Counted from the first letter of the stretch, positions 1 through 10,724 are shown. The stretch is DNA of 64,000 nt from Candidatus Latescibacterota bacterium (GCA_965243025.1 CBDETY010000003.1:5664001-5728000); one strand, 5' to 3'. Numbers and translations: made by a program. Notes: a model not told the origin generated them from the letters alone.

Positions 1-548
1 TGATCTGCGTCTGGCACACCGACAGCAGTTACCGTCGAGTGCCCGGCAAGGGGGCGGTGCTTCACGCCATCGAGGTGGTCACAAAAGGGGGCGACACCCT
101 GTTTGCCAACATGTGCCATGCCTACGAGCAGATGCCGGTGGAACTGCAAGAGAGGATCGCGGGGCTGAAGGCGCGCCACAGTTTCGAGTACTCACGCCAG
201 CTGCGGCAGCTGCCCCCCATGGATCCGGCCGAGGCGGCCGAGGTGCCGCCGGTGGACCACCCCCTGGTCCGGCGGCACGGGGACGGGCGTCGCTCGCTCT
301 ACGTCAGCGCCACCTACATGGAGCGCATCCCGGGGCTGAGCGAGGCGGACAGCAGGGGGCTCATCGACGAGCTGATGGCCTGGGCCACCCAGGACCGGTT
401 CGTCTACCGGCATCGCTGGCGCCCCCACGACGTCCTTATGTGGGACAACCGCTGGTGCATCCACGTGGTGACCCCCTTCGACCACGGCGCCGAGCGCCGG
501 GTGATGCACCGCACCACCATCGCCGGCACCGAACCGGTGGAAGGGTGA
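1..548 (+). CDS. TauD/TfdA-family Fe(II)/2-oxoglutarate dioxygenase (5' truncated by window edge)
   Basis: Frame open from position 3: WHTDSSY (HxD), GGDTLFA, HPLVRRH, WDNRWCIH, RRVMHRTT. Confidence 0.9.
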   Translation, partial: ICVWHTDSSYRRVPGKGAVLHAIEVVTKGGDTLFANMCHAYEQMPVELQERIAGLKARHSFEYSRQLRQLPPMDPAEAAEVPPVDHPLVRRHGDGRRSLYVSATYMERIPGLSEADSRGLIDELMAWATQDRFVYRHRWRPHDVLMWDNRWCIHVVTPFDHGAERRVMHRTTIAGTEPVEG

Positions 549-599
549 GGCGGATTCAGCCGCGGCGGCACGGCGAGACCTGATGGTCTCTCTGCCTCC

Positions 600-959
600 T
601 CAGGTCACCGCTTTTCGCACAATCTCGGACAGTCCGGCCTCGGTTGCGTCGTCCAGCCCGGTGAAGAACCAGGCGCAGCCCATCAGCAGGTTCGGGGCGC
701 CCTCCTCGACGGAGAGCTTCACCTTCTCGGTAAGGCCGAAGGTCATGTACTCGTCATCCGCCCGGAAGAAGCAGAGCACCGGTCCGTCCAGGGCGTATCC
801 CGGCATACCGTACCACACCCTGGGATTGAGCTCGGGGGCGCTCCGTCGGATGAGCGCGTGGACTCGCTCACCCATGCCCCGGAAGGGCTCGGGCATCGCG
901 GCAATCTTCTCGAGCACCGCGGCCTCGTCGTCGGCCTTCTTCTTCGCCTTGCTTGCCAT
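600..959 (-). CDS. DUF1801 (YdhG-like) protein
   Basis: ATG at 959 after GGGAGG RBS; APELNPRVWYGMPGYA motif. Confidence 0.75.
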   Translation of the reverse strand: MASKAKKKADDEAAVLEKIAAMPEPFRGMGERVHALIRRSAPELNPRVWYGMPGYALDGPVLCFFRADDEYMTFGLTEKVKLSVEEGAPNLLMGCAWFFTGLDDATEAGLSEIVRKAVT

Positions 960-1124
960 GGGAATTCCTCCCTGCTCGGTCACGCGCCCCCGACAGCGCG
1001 GATTTCGGCTCATTTAAGGGTGCGGCAACGACCGCTCGCGAGGTGCGGTTCTCCAGGGCTGGTCGAGGGTTGCGAGGGCGACGTTTTTCTTGACTGACCG
1101 GGTGGAGATCCGTACGGTCTGAGT

Positions 1125-2189
1125 ATGACAGAACACAGACAAACAGTCGAGACCGCACCCGCCATCGACGACGGATCGACGACGCGCGACGCCAAAGGGG
1201 AGTGGACCCCCCGGTTTCTGGGGAAAGCACAGCCTTTCGTCTGGCCGTTCCAGCCAAAAAAGCTCCTCCAGTTTCTGCTCGGTTTCCCCGGTTTCCTGTG
1301 GCCGTTCGGCGCCGTCGCCTTCTACGGGCTCGCCGCCGTGACGTGGCACTACCTCCAGCCGGGGGCCGACCAGTTGAGCAACTTCAGCGAGCTGCGCGCC
1401 TCCTGGATCCTGCCGATGTTCGCCCGCAACATCGTCATGCTTGTGATCGTCGCCGGCTCTCTGCACCTGATCCTCTACTGGCGCCGCGTCCAGGGGACCC
1501 GCTTCAAGTACAACTCGCGGTGGCCGAGCAGCAACAGCAAGGCGTTTCTGTTCAACGACCAGGTCAAGGACAACGTCTTCTGGAGCGTCGTCAGCGGCGG
1601 CGGGATCTGGACCCTGTACGAAGTGCTCATGTTGTGGGCGTACGGCAACGGCTGGGCTCCTTACATGTCGTGGCGGGACAACCCCCTCTGGTTCATCGCC
1701 CTGGCCGCGGTTCTCCCGTTCTGGCAGGACTTCCACTTCTACGTCATACACCGCATTTCGCACTGGAAACCGCTCTACAAGTGCTCCCACTACCTGCACC
1801 ACCGCAACACGAACGTCGGGCCCTGGTCCGGTCTGTCGATGCACCCGATCGAACACCTGCTGTATTTCACCCGCTGGATCATCCTGTTCCTGGTGCCCTC
1901 GCACCCGATCCACATGTTCTACCTGATGCAGCGTCCGGCGCTCAACCCGGCCCTGGGTCACACCGGCTTCGACAGGCTCGTCCTGAAAGAAGAGAGCGAG
2001 GGCATGTCCATCGACTCCTATTTCCACTACCTGCACCACCGCTACTTCGAGTGCAACTACGGCACCGTCACGGTGCCGTTCGACCGCTGGTTCGGATCGC
2101 TGCACGACGGCTCTCCAGAGGCGTACGCCCGCATGCGGCGCAAGCAGCGGATCCCGGCCAAGACGGACGCAGAGGCGGTCAGCGCCTGA
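1125..2189 (+). CDS. Sterol desaturase / fatty-acid hydroxylase family membrane protein
   Basis: His boxes HRISH, HYLHH, FHYLHHRY; hydrophobic segments; FDRWFGS. Confidence 0.9.
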   Translation: MTEHRQTVETAPAIDDGSTTRDAKGEWTPRFLGKAQPFVWPFQPKKLLQFLLGFPGFLWPFGAVAFYGLAAVTWHYLQPGADQLSNFSELRASWILPMFARNIVMLVIVAGSLHLILYWRRVQGTRFKYNSRWPSSNSKAFLFNDQVKDNVFWSVVSGGGIWTLYEVLMLWAYGNGWAPYMSWRDNPLWFIALAAVLPFWQDFHFYVIHRISHWKPLYKCSHYLHHRNTNVGPWSGLSMHPIEHLLYFTRWIILFLVPSHPIHMFYLMQRPALNPALGHTGFDRLVLKEESEGMSIDSYFHYLHHRYFECNYGTVTVPFDRWFGSLHDGSPEAYARMRRKQRIPAKTDAEAVSA

Positions 2190-2253
2190 GGGAACTCCCC
2201 GATCCGGGAAATTGAGGCGATCCCCCTGAAAGGGTGCGTCAGCGGAACTGCCG

Positions 2254-3249
2254 CTAAAGGTCTGCATCCGGCTCGGTCGGCAGCACCTCCGGGTTGACGC
2301 AGTACTCCGGAGCCTCCCCGTTCAGCACCTTCACCATGCTCGTGGCCATGGAGTGGTAGATCCGCGCCATGGCCACCTCGCTCGTACCGGCCGTGTGGGG
2401 CGAGAACAGGCAGCGCCGGTCGCGGAACAGCCGGTGGCTCGTGTCGGGCGGCTCTTCCTCGAACACGTCGAGGCCCACCGCACCCAGCTGCCCCGACTCC
2501 AGTCCGTCGGCGAGGACGTCGAAGCTCTCGACCACTCCACCGCGCGCGGTGTTGATGAAGACGGCGCCCGGTTTCATGCGGGCCACCGCCGCGGCATCGA
2601 TCAGTCCTCGCGTGTCGTCGTTCAGCGGAACGTGCACCGATATGTAGTCGCTGCGCGCCAGCAGCTCGTCGAGCGCCACGACGGTGACGCCGATTTCGCT
2701 CACGCTTTCCTGCCCTACGACGGGGTCGTACCCCAGTACCTCCATCTCGAATGGCTGCACGAGCCGGGCGAGCCGGGCCCCGATGCGGCCGAGCCCGATG
2801 ATGCCGAGGGTGCGGGTGGTCATGTCGCCGGTGAGAAAGTGGAAGCGCTCGTTCCAGCGGCCTTCGCGGACAATCGCGTCCGCCTGGGGCAGGCGCTTGA
2901 CGATGGACAGCAGGATGGCCAGCGCCCCCTCGGCCACGGCAAACCCGCCTACCGGCGCATACACGAGGGGAATCCCGCGGGCTGTCGCAGCTTCGACGTC
3001 GACGGTGTCGTACCCGGCGCCTGGCCGCCCGATCACGCGCAGCCCGGGAGCGGCCTGTATGATCTCCGCCGAGATCCGGATCTCCATTCCCCTGCTGACG
3101 ATGCCGATAACGTCGCCCAGCGAGGAGACCAGGGTCCCCTCGTCGGTGGCGCTTTCTACGGGAGCGACGGTCTGCAGGACGTCGATCGCCTCGGGGCCGA
3201 TGGCGCCGGTGGTCAGGATCCGTTTCCCTGAATAGTCTGTTCTGTTCAT
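2254..3249 (-). CDS. D-isomer-specific 2-hydroxyacid dehydrogenase (SerA-like)
   Basis: GAGYDTVD, GIIGLGRIG, INTARGGVV, LDVFEEEP, SPHTAG. Confidence 0.9.
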   Translation of the reverse strand: MNRTDYSGKRILTTGAIGPEAIDVLQTVAPVESATDEGTLVSSLGDVIGIVSRGMEIRISAEIIQAAPGLRVIGRPGAGYDTVDVEAATARGIPLVYAPVGGFAVAEGALAILLSIVKRLPQADAIVREGRWNERFHFLTGDMTTRTLGIIGLGRIGARLARLVQPFEMEVLGYDPVVGQESVSEIGVTVVALDELLARSDYISVHVPLNDDTRGLIDAAAVARMKPGAVFINTARGGVVESFDVLADGLESGQLGAVGLDVFEEEPPDTSHRLFRDRRCLFSPHTAGTSEVAMARIYHSMATSMVKVLNGEAPEYCVNPEVLPTEPDADL

Positions 3250-3425
3250 TTCAGCGCTGAGCCTCCTTTGCGGCAAACCTGGGGGGCCGGAGGTGTTAAG
3301 CTAACCTACTCCCGATCAAACCTACCAGAGCCAACAAAGTTCACGGCATCCCGCCAAGTCGGGCGACATCACATCTGCGAATCCCCCCTCGACACCTCCC
3401 GACTTTCCGACCATACTCCCCGGCC

Positions 3426-4850
3426 ATGACGGACATCCTTCACAGTACCCGATTCACCGAAGCCAGCGCCGCCTGGGACCTCTCTCCAGGGGGAGAGGGG
3501 GGTATCGAGGTCGGGCCCGATGGCGCGGTGCTGTCACCGTCCGGGGGGGAAACCGCCTCGCTGTGCGGCAGCGGCGTGCACACCCGGAACGGCGACAGCA
3601 TCGAGGTGCGTTTCCGCGTGCTGGAGGGAAGCGGCCGGCTGCGTTTCGGGTTCGACGCGGAACGGCACGAGCACGCCTGTGTCGAAGTCTGCATGAAAAC
3701 GGGGACGGTTTCGCTGTTCACGACCGACTGGCGGCTCGAGCAGCCGCTTGGGGCGGTTCCAGCCGAGGTGGGAGCGGAACGATCGCACAGTCTCCTACTC
3801 GAGAAGACGGAGGGCGCGGGGGCGCTGGTCAAGAACTCCGACGTGACCGTCTACCTGGACGGGGCGCCGATCATGCACCTCGAGAACCTGGACCTGCTGC
3901 CGGAAATGGGTGTGCTCGTGGAAGCGAGCGGAGCCCGGGTGCTCGTCGAGGAGTTCGCGCACCGGGGCCGGCCATCGGAGATACCGGAGTACCTGCATCT
4001 GGGCGGCTGCCAGGTGCTCAACGTCGACGGTATCGAAGAGAACCTCGGGTCGATCTGCCGCGGGCTTGAAAGGGCTGCCGAGGCCGGCGTCGAGCTGCTG
4101 GTTACGCCGGAGATGTCCCTTACCGGACTGTATCCCACGAGGCCCCGCACGCGGGAACCGGGACCGGTGGCCGCCGCCGAAGCGCGGCTGCGGCAGTTCA
4201 TCCGCGACCTGCCGGACGCCCCGCACGTCATTGCCGGTCTGCCGGTCTGGGAAGCGGTGGCAGAGCACGACCTGCCGGAGACGAGGTTCATCGCCTCACG
4301 GGTGTACGATCCGGACGGCGAGATCCTGTACACGGCGCGCAAGGTCCATTCCGCTGAACAGGAGATGTGGCACGGGTACCGGCTCAACGAGTTCGACATC
4401 GAGGGTGTACCCGTTTCGCTCTACATCTGCCACGATAACCGCTATCCGGAGCTGCAGACCCTGCCGGTGATGTTCGGGGCCCGCCTCCTCCTGCATCCCT
4501 CGAACGGCGGTGTCGTAAGCGGCGCCGTCAGCGCCTTCGAGGCGGTCGCCATCGCAGCGAGCAGACAGACACACGCCTTTCACATGCACGTGAACGCCGG
4601 CGGCGGCAGCTACATCGTAAGTCCGGAACGGCATGCGGAGCTGCTGGCTGCGAGTGAAGAATCGCGGAGCGACAACCCGAACAGCCCGGCAGTCGGAAAG
4701 CCGACGGAGTGCTTCTTCCACGCCCGCGTGCGCATCCACGACGCCTTCGGGTACTGGCCTGCACGCGCCTTCCGCGCCTCGGAGTCCATCGCCCGGGCGT
4801 ACGCGGACCTGTACCGGGAGATCGGCGGCGGGAGCGAGATCCCCTCCTGA
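3426..4850 (+). CDS. Carbon-nitrogen hydrolase (nitrilase superfamily) with extra N-terminal domain
   Basis: Catalytic triad contexts TPEMSLTG, ARKVH, YICHDNRYPE. Confidence 0.75.
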   Translation: MTDILHSTRFTEASAAWDLSPGGEGGIEVGPDGAVLSPSGGETASLCGSGVHTRNGDSIEVRFRVLEGSGRLRFGFDAERHEHACVEVCMKTGTVSLFTTDWRLEQPLGAVPAEVGAERSHSLLLEKTEGAGALVKNSDVTVYLDGAPIMHLENLDLLPEMGVLVEASGARVLVEEFAHRGRPSEIPEYLHLGGCQVLNVDGIEENLGSICRGLERAAEAGVELLVTPEMSLTGLYPTRPRTREPGPVAAAEARLRQFIRDLPDAPHVIAGLPVWEAVAEHDLPETRFIASRVYDPDGEILYTARKVHSAEQEMWHGYRLNEFDIEGVPVSLYICHDNRYPELQTLPVMFGARLLLHPSNGGVVSGAVSAFEAVAIAASRQTHAFHMHVNAGGGSYIVSPERHAELLAASEESRSDNPNSPAVGKPTECFFHARVRIHDAFGYWPARAFRASESIARAYADLYREIGGGSEIPS

Positions 4851-4873
4851 CAACCATCGACAAGGCGAAACCA

Positions 4874-6394
4874 ATGCCGATGCTCAATATCGGATCGACC
4901 AGGCAGCTCTTCTTCGACGATTACCTGATCGAAAGTCTGGTCAACGCAAAGCAGGGGCTGAACCCCGCGGTAAAGGTTGAGGGCAACCCCGTCCTCCGGC
5001 CGGAGCGCCCGTGGGAAGGAAACTTCATGCGGCCCGCCAAGGTGATCTTCGACCCGGCAGACCAGGTCTTCAGGATGTGGTATTCCTCGGCGACCATCAC
5101 CGTGCGCCTGGAAAACGGGAAACCGGTCCCCGGCGGTGCCGCGGGTCTTGTCCTGGACCAACGGGGCGACGTGATGTGCCTGGCGACCTCCGAGGATGGA
5201 GTTAACTGGGAGCGGCCGTCACTGGGACTGGTCGAATTCGACGGCTCGACGGACAACAACATCATCCCCCGGAAGGAGGGGCTGCCGTCGGTGCCGGCTT
5301 TCCAGGATCTGCACGAGAAGGATCCCGCCAAACGGTTCAAGGCAATGCAGCTGACCGGGGGCACGCAGACCCGGGGGATGCAATACGATCTCTTCCATTC
5401 CCCGGATGCAATCGACTGGACTCCCTACGAAGGCAATCCCGTCATCGATACCGGGAAGGAACTGGGACGTTGGTCGGGCCGTTTCCAGGGATGGGACCCG
5501 ATACGCGAGACGTACTACGTCACCATGGAAGCCAGCCACCACTGGCGGGGACCTTACGGCAAACGGCTGATCGGCAGGGCGGAAAGCCCGGACATGATTC
5601 ACTGGAGCGAGCCGGAGATCATCCTCGTGCCGGACGGGGACGACTATCCCGACACCGAGTTCTACAGCATGCCGGTCATCCCCTACGAAGGTGTTTATGT
5701 CGGGTTGCTGTGGATCTTTCGCACCACCAACGTGACCCACCATCCGGAGGTCGTCTTCAGCCGGGACGGGTTTCACTTTCAGCGGAACTACCGGGAGCCG
5801 TTCATACCCCGCGGCGGCGCGCGGGGGGACTTCGACTACAGCAGCGTCTACGCCCAGGACACCATCGTTCACGGGGACCGCATCTTCACCTACTACATCG
5901 GCACCAACAGCCGGTCTCCTGAAACCGCCCTGGAACTGGGAGACAAGTCCGCGGAGGGGATAGGACTGGCGGTATCACGTCTCGACGGGTTCGTCTCTCT
6001 CGACAGCGGGAAGGGCTGGGTGGTCAAGGACAGGTCCGAGGAGGAACTGCAACAGATCTACGGCGAGCGGGAAATCTTTCCGGAGCCGGAGTCCTTCGGT
6101 CAGATGACGACCCGCCCGTTCGGGTTTTCCGGATCGCGCCTGTACCTGAACGCAAGCATGGCCCCGATTGCCGCGGGGCCGGGTCCCGGCGAGGTCAGGG
6201 TCGAGATTTTAAGGGCGAATTTCAAGAAGCTGCCCGGATTCAGCTTCAGCGATGCCGATCCGGTCAGACAGACGAGCACCGCCCACCTTGTCTCGTGGAA
6301 CGGGAACTCCGATTTGAGTGCGCTGGCGGGCAAGCCGGTGAAGCTGCGGTTCTACTTCAAGAACGCCAAGCTGTACTCTTTCCAGTTCAAGTAA
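4874..6394 (+). CDS. Five-bladed beta-propeller glycoside hydrolase-like protein
   Basis: RQLFFDDYLI start, GNPVL repeats, Asp-box-like SEDGVNWE/SPDMIHWS/SRDG, RLDGFVSL, LYSFQF end. Confidence 0.7.
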   Translation: MPMLNIGSTRQLFFDDYLIESLVNAKQGLNPAVKVEGNPVLRPERPWEGNFMRPAKVIFDPADQVFRMWYSSATITVRLENGKPVPGGAAGLVLDQRGDVMCLATSEDGVNWERPSLGLVEFDGSTDNNIIPRKEGLPSVPAFQDLHEKDPAKRFKAMQLTGGTQTRGMQYDLFHSPDAIDWTPYEGNPVIDTGKELGRWSGRFQGWDPIRETYYVTMEASHHWRGPYGKRLIGRAESPDMIHWSEPEIILVPDGDDYPDTEFYSMPVIPYEGVYVGLLWIFRTTNVTHHPEVVFSRDGFHFQRNYREPFIPRGGARGDFDYSSVYAQDTIVHGDRIFTYYIGTNSRSPETALELGDKSAEGIGLAVSRLDGFVSLDSGKGWVVKDRSEEELQQIYGEREIFPEPESFGQMTTRPFGFSGSRLYLNASMAPIAAGPGPGEVRVEILRANFKKLPGFSFSDADPVRQTSTAHLVSWNGNSDLSALAGKPVKLRFYFKNAKLYSFQFK

Positions 6395-6453
6395 CTCGGT
6401 CCGCGGGAAGGTACGCCGACGCTTCGGCGGGAGCGTGACGAGCCGGCTCCGGG

Positions 6454-6930
6454 CTACTCGCCGCGGAAGGCTTTCTCCAGGGCGGGGACATCCAGTTTCT
6501 TCATCTGCAGAAAAGCCTCGGTGACGCGCTCGACCGCGGCTGCATCGCCGCTGTTCAACATCTCACCCAGTGCGACCGGCGTGATCTGCCAGGAGACGCC
6601 GAAGCGATCGGTCAGCCAGCCGCACTGACCCTCCTCACCGCCCTCCGCAGTCAACCGCTCCCAGAGGCGGTCCACCTCGGCCTGGTCGGCGCAGTTGACC
6701 AGGAGTGACACCGCCGGGCTGAGCTTGTAGTGGGGTCCCCCGTTGATGATGCAGAACTCCTGCCCAGCCAGCTCGAACTCGGCCGTCATGATGTCGCCGG
6801 GGTTTCCCATGCCCCCTTCGGCGTAACGCAGGATCCGCGTGACCCGCGAATCCGCGAAAAGGGACGTGTACAGCTCGAGCGCTTCCTCCACCTGCCCGTC
6901 AAACCACAGATTGGTGACGATTTTCTGCAT
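6454..6930 (-). CDS. VOC/PhnB-like (3-demethylubiquinone methyltransferase-like) protein
   Basis: MQKIVTNLWFD, INGGP, CGWLTDRFGVSWQI. Confidence 0.9.
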   Translation of the reverse strand: MQKIVTNLWFDGQVEEALELYTSLFADSRVTRILRYAEGGMGNPGDIMTAEFELAGQEFCIINGGPHYKLSPAVSLLVNCADQAEVDRLWERLTAEGGEEGQCGWLTDRFGVSWQITPVALGEMLNSGDAAAVERVTEAFLQMKKLDVPALEKAFRGE

Positions 6931-6968
6931 GGGTTCAATCCTCTCCTGTCAGTTGGATCGTGTACGAC

Positions 6969-7970
6969 TCAAGGCGCCCCGCGCTCTTTCAGGAGCGCTG
7001 CCGCCCGGGTCGCGCCGCCGAACTCCGCCCAACCCAGCGGGGTGCCGCCGTGCGCTCCGTCGACCACGGCGGCGTCGGCGCCGCGGTCCAGCAGCAGCTC
7101 GACGCAGCCCACCGCGTCGTGCTGGGCGGCCAGGTGCATGGCGACCGCGCTGACGCCATGACCCTCGCCGCCCCAGTCGTGCCGCAGATCGGAATCGGCG
7201 CCGTGATCGAGCAGCCAGGCCGCGGCTTCCACCTTGTCGCTGTAGCAGGCCCACAGCAGCGGCGTGCCCCGGAACGGGTTGGCGTTGACGTTGGCGCCGC
7301 GGGCTACGAGTTCGTCCATCGCCTGGCACTGGTTGTTCCGCGCCGCCCACGACAGGGCCTCGTCGACGACCTCCCGGCGCTCGAGTGTCCTGTTCCAGGC
7401 GGGGAAGAACACCGGGGCGTAGAATCCGAGGCCCTCCCGGGCGGCAGGGGTCAGCTCGCTCCCCTTGAAGAACCTGCCGACATCGGCGCCGAGGGCCGCG
7501 GCGGCTCGCAGGTTGTCCGGGTACACGGGCGTCAGCACGCCGCCCATGAAGGCCTTGGCATAGAACAGGGCGTACGACAGGGGCGAACCCCCGTCTCTCC
7601 CGTAAGCCTCGGCACGGACGGAGGCCCCGGCCCGCACCAGGCGCGCGCCGAGGCCGGCGTGTCCCGCCATGGCGGCGGTGTGCAGAGGCGTCCAACCGTC
7701 GTCGTCGGCCGCGGAAGGGTCGGCGCCTGCGGCCAGGATCATGTCCACGGCCGCGTGCTGCTGACGGGTGCCGGGATCGATTGGAATGGCGATGTCGCCG
7801 GTGGCGGCGCGGCAGGCCAGATCGAGCAGTGTGCGCCCGTCGGCATCGGCGGCGGCGGTTGCGGAAGGAGAATCGGCGAGGATGGCCGCGAGGGACTCGA
7901 GGTCGCCGGCGCGGGCGGCCGTTGCCGCCTGCGTCAGTGCGTCTTCAGCCACGCCGGTCTGCCTGGTCAT
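6969..7970 (-). CDS. Ankyrin-repeat protein
   Basis: GWTPLHTAA, GSPLSYA, GTPLLWA, GTPLGWA repeats. Confidence 0.9.
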   Translation of the reverse strand: MTRQTGVAEDALTQAATAARAGDLESLAAILADSPSATAAADADGRTLLDLACRAATGDIAIPIDPGTRQQHAAVDMILAAGADPSAADDDGWTPLHTAAMAGHAGLGARLVRAGASVRAEAYGRDGGSPLSYALFYAKAFMGGVLTPVYPDNLRAAAALGADVGRFFKGSELTPAAREGLGFYAPVFFPAWNRTLERREVVDEALSWAARNNQCQAMDELVARGANVNANPFRGTPLLWACYSDKVEAAAWLLDHGADSDLRHDWGGEGHGVSAVAMHLAAQHDAVGCVELLLDRGADAAVVDGAHGGTPLGWAEFGGATRAAALLKERGAP

Positions 7971-8034
7971 GGGGCAGCCGCATCACCTCGGGAACTCCAG
8001 CAAGGTCACTCCCGAACATCCTTGTGGATACGTT

Positions 8035-8140
8035 TCACTCAGCCAAAGAGGCCTTGATCCGGCCCCAGGCCCCCCAGGCACTGCCGAAGGACCAGCAAAG
8101 GGTGTATGACGATGAGCGGCTGGATGAGACTCTTGACCAT
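8035..8140 (-). pseudogene. Collapsed remnant of a secreted protein with a WGRIKASL tail
   Basis: Signal-like MVKSLIQPLIVIHPLL joined out of frame to SAVPGG/WGRIKASLAE*, matching the tail of the 32347-33300 protein. Confidence 0.45.
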
Positions 8141-8275
8141 GGTCCCGCCGACCGACTGGCGTTATCCGTTTATGGAAGAAGAGTAGGAGCGGGGAGCCTC
8201 CCGCTGCTGGAAGCCCGTCACCCCGAGGCTTGTGCGCAACCGGGTCGGCCCTTCCTTGTCCCCGCCCTTCGCCGC

Positions 8276-9319
8276 TCAATACGAGAACGGCATCCGCAGT
8301 GGCGCCGTCCTTTCCGCCCGGTCGTACCACCCCTGGGGTGCGTGGTCGCTCATGTGGAGGTAGCACCTGATGTCGACGTCCGCCGCGCCTTCGGAAAACG
8401 TCAGCAGCCGGCTCATCGAAACGTTCCTGTAGCCGTGGTATTTCGAGATGGCGGCCACGTTGACGAAGGTCACCCCCCACTTCCGCTCCACGTGGGACCG
8501 CCCGCCGCAGGTATCGTCCGGATCCGTGTGGGTATGGCCCCCCAGCCAGAGGTCGACCGCTCCCGGGTTCGCCTCCAGCCAGAACTCGAACGCACCCGCA
8601 TCCGGTTTTCCGCCGACGAAATAGAGGTACGACGCCCCGACGGGCGCCCCGTCCTCGAAGCGGCCGTGGTAGCCTCCGTCAACCCCCTCCCACGGGCCTG
8701 AGGCCACTGTCGTCTCCCTCAACATGTGGTGGTGGGCGGTTACGATGATCCTGTCCTGGTTTTCCTCGACCTTCTGTTTCCACCACTCGAAGGTCTCCCG
8801 CGTCACCGCGCCGGCCGGGTATCCCCCCCTCTGGCCGCGTCCGACCGGAGGGCCGCCGTCGTTGCGGTCCCCCATGGCCAGAAACAGGACGTTCCCCACC
8901 TGGAACGAGTACCGCTCCCAGGTCCCCTCGACCGGGTAGGGCCGCCGGTCGGCGTGAACGCCTGAGTACCCGGGGTTCTCCCCGAGGGGATCGACCCACT
9001 TCCGGAACCACCACTGGCACGGCTCGTCGGGGCCGCTGGCGTCGTGGTTGCCCACGATGTTGTAGAAATCTTCCCGGGGGTGCCGGGTCGACACGCTGTA
9101 CTGCCGCACCACCTCCTCCCCTTCCTCGTCACCGGGCGGTGTCTGCGACCCGGACAAGTCGCCGATGTCCAGCATGATATCCCACTCGAACGGCGGACCG
9201 CCATCGGCGCCGCCCCGTTCGGCCTGCAGGATCGCATCGGCAAGGCTGCGGCGGTCGGCATGCGCCAGGTCCGTGCCCAGGTGCGCATCCCCGCCCGCCC
9301 ACAGCTTGAAGGTCCTCAC
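8276..9319 (-). CDS. Calcineurin-like metallophosphoesterase
   Basis: GDAH, IGDLS, VGNHD, GGHTH motifs. Confidence 0.8.
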   Translation of the reverse strand: MRTFKLWAGGDAHLGTDLAHADRRSLADAILQAERGGADGGPPFEWDIMLDIGDLSGSQTPPGDEEGEEVVRQYSVSTRHPREDFYNIVGNHDASGPDEPCQWWFRKWVDPLGENPGYSGVHADRRPYPVEGTWERYSFQVGNVLFLAMGDRNDGGPPVGRGQRGGYPAGAVTRETFEWWKQKVEENQDRIIVTAHHHMLRETTVASGPWEGVDGGYHGRFEDGAPVGASYLYFVGGKPDAGAFEFWLEANPGAVDLWLGGHTHTDPDDTCGGRSHVERKWGVTFVNVAAISKYHGYRNVSMSRLLTFSEGAADVDIRCYLHMSDHAPQGWYDRAERTAPLRMPFSY

Positions 9320-9482
9320 TCCGGCGGCACCGTCAGCTGCTTGAAGTGAGGGAGCCCCGGCGCTTCCCGCGAGCCGGTGACAAATGGTCCCGTCGAGGAC
9401 GCGGAGTGAACCGTCGGCCCTCTGGCCATGGACGGGGTTGCCGCCGGCGACATGGCAAGGATCAGCGGGGGGTCACCGGCCC

Positions 9483-10724
9483 TCATCGGGCGGCCTCCGC
9501 CAGGTCGAGGCAGACGATTTCCCGTTCGTCGCGGAGGAAGAGACGGCCCCCCGCGAGTGTGGGCAGCGTCCAGCAGCGGCCCTCGAGAACGGGGTAGCCG
9601 GCCTTTTCGACGAAACCCGCGGGGGTGGCCTCGGCGAGGCCGAGGTTGCCGCGTTCACCGAGGATGACGAGGTGGCCGTCGGCGAAGATCAGCGTGCCCT
9701 TGCCGTAGCCCCGGGACTTCCACTTCTCGGCGCCGGTCTTCGCGTCGATGCACTTGAGGATCGAGCCGTCGAAACCGTAGAGGTGGCCCTCGTGGTAGAT
9801 GGAGGTGGCGAAGTGGTTCTTCATTTCCGTATTGCGCCAGACCTCGCTGACACTGTAGCCGCTGTCCGTGGCGGAGACCTCCACCACGGTGCCGCCGGTG
9901 CCGTAGCCGGAGGAGATGAAGAAGCGGTCGGGTGGAATGAAAACCGGGGTGGCGGCGTTGACGTCGTGCCTGGTCGTCCAGGGGTGTGTCCACAGCACCT
10001 TGCCGTTTTGCGGCGCCACGGAGACCAGCCCGTAGCCGGTGAAAAACACCGCCTGGGGCGTTTTTCCGATGGTGACGGCGATGGGAGAGGAGTAGCCCAG
10101 CTTGTCGCTGCCGGTGGTCCAGGCGACCTCGCCGCTGGATTTGTCAAAGGCCATCAGCGAACGGCCGCCAGAACCGCCGGCCTCGATCAGGACCAGGTTG
10201 CCTGCGACCAGCGGCGACGGGCAAAAGCCCCAGCGGGGCTTCCTGCTGCCGAATTCGCGCACCAGGTCGCGGCTCCATTTTTGAGAGCCGGTTTTGCTGT
10301 CGAGTGCGTAGAGTTTGCCGTAGGCGCTGGAAACATAGACCGTTCCGCCGTCCACGGTGGGGGTTCCACGCGGACCGTCGCCCCCCTGCCGTTCCATCAA
10401 CAGATCGTCGGTGCGGGTGCGCCACAGCACTTCGCCGTTGCCGGCGTCGAGACAGACCGCGTATTCCTCGCCGCCGTGGATGTACATCGTATAGAGGCGG
10501 CCGCCGGCTACGGACATCCCGGAAAACCCCTTCCCGCCCTGAGTCCGCCAGGACTCGTTGATCGACAGCTTGTCGCCGAACAGGCCGGTCTCAGGCGAGA
10601 TGCCGTTGCGTTCGGGGCCGAGCCATTGCGGCCAGCCCGCCGTTTGCCAGCGCGACCAGTCCTGGGCCGAGGCGGGAAAGGCAAGCAGGAGGAGGGTCAG
10701 GGGAACCAGCAGTTCAGTCTTCAT
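9483..10724 (-). CDS. Secreted PQQ-binding-like beta-propeller (BamB-like)
   Basis: Signal peptide MKTELLVPLTLLLLAFPASA; WPQWLGPERNG; repeated LDAxxGxxxW blades. Confidence 0.85.
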   Translation of the reverse strand: MKTELLVPLTLLLLAFPASAQDWSRWQTAGWPQWLGPERNGISPETGLFGDKLSINESWRTQGGKGFSGMSVAGGRLYTMYIHGGEEYAVCLDAGNGEVLWRTRTDDLLMERQGGDGPRGTPTVDGGTVYVSSAYGKLYALDSKTGSQKWSRDLVREFGSRKPRWGFCPSPLVAGNLVLIEAGGSGGRSLMAFDKSSGEVAWTTGSDKLGYSSPIAVTIGKTPQAVFFTGYGLVSVAPQNGKVLWTHPWTTRHDVNAATPVFIPPDRFFISSGYGTGGTVVEVSATDSGYSVSEVWRNTEMKNHFATSIYHEGHLYGFDGSILKCIDAKTGAEKWKSRGYGKGTLIFADGHLVILGERGNLGLAEATPAGFVEKAGYPVLEGRCWTLPTLAGGRLFLRDEREIVCLDLAEAAR

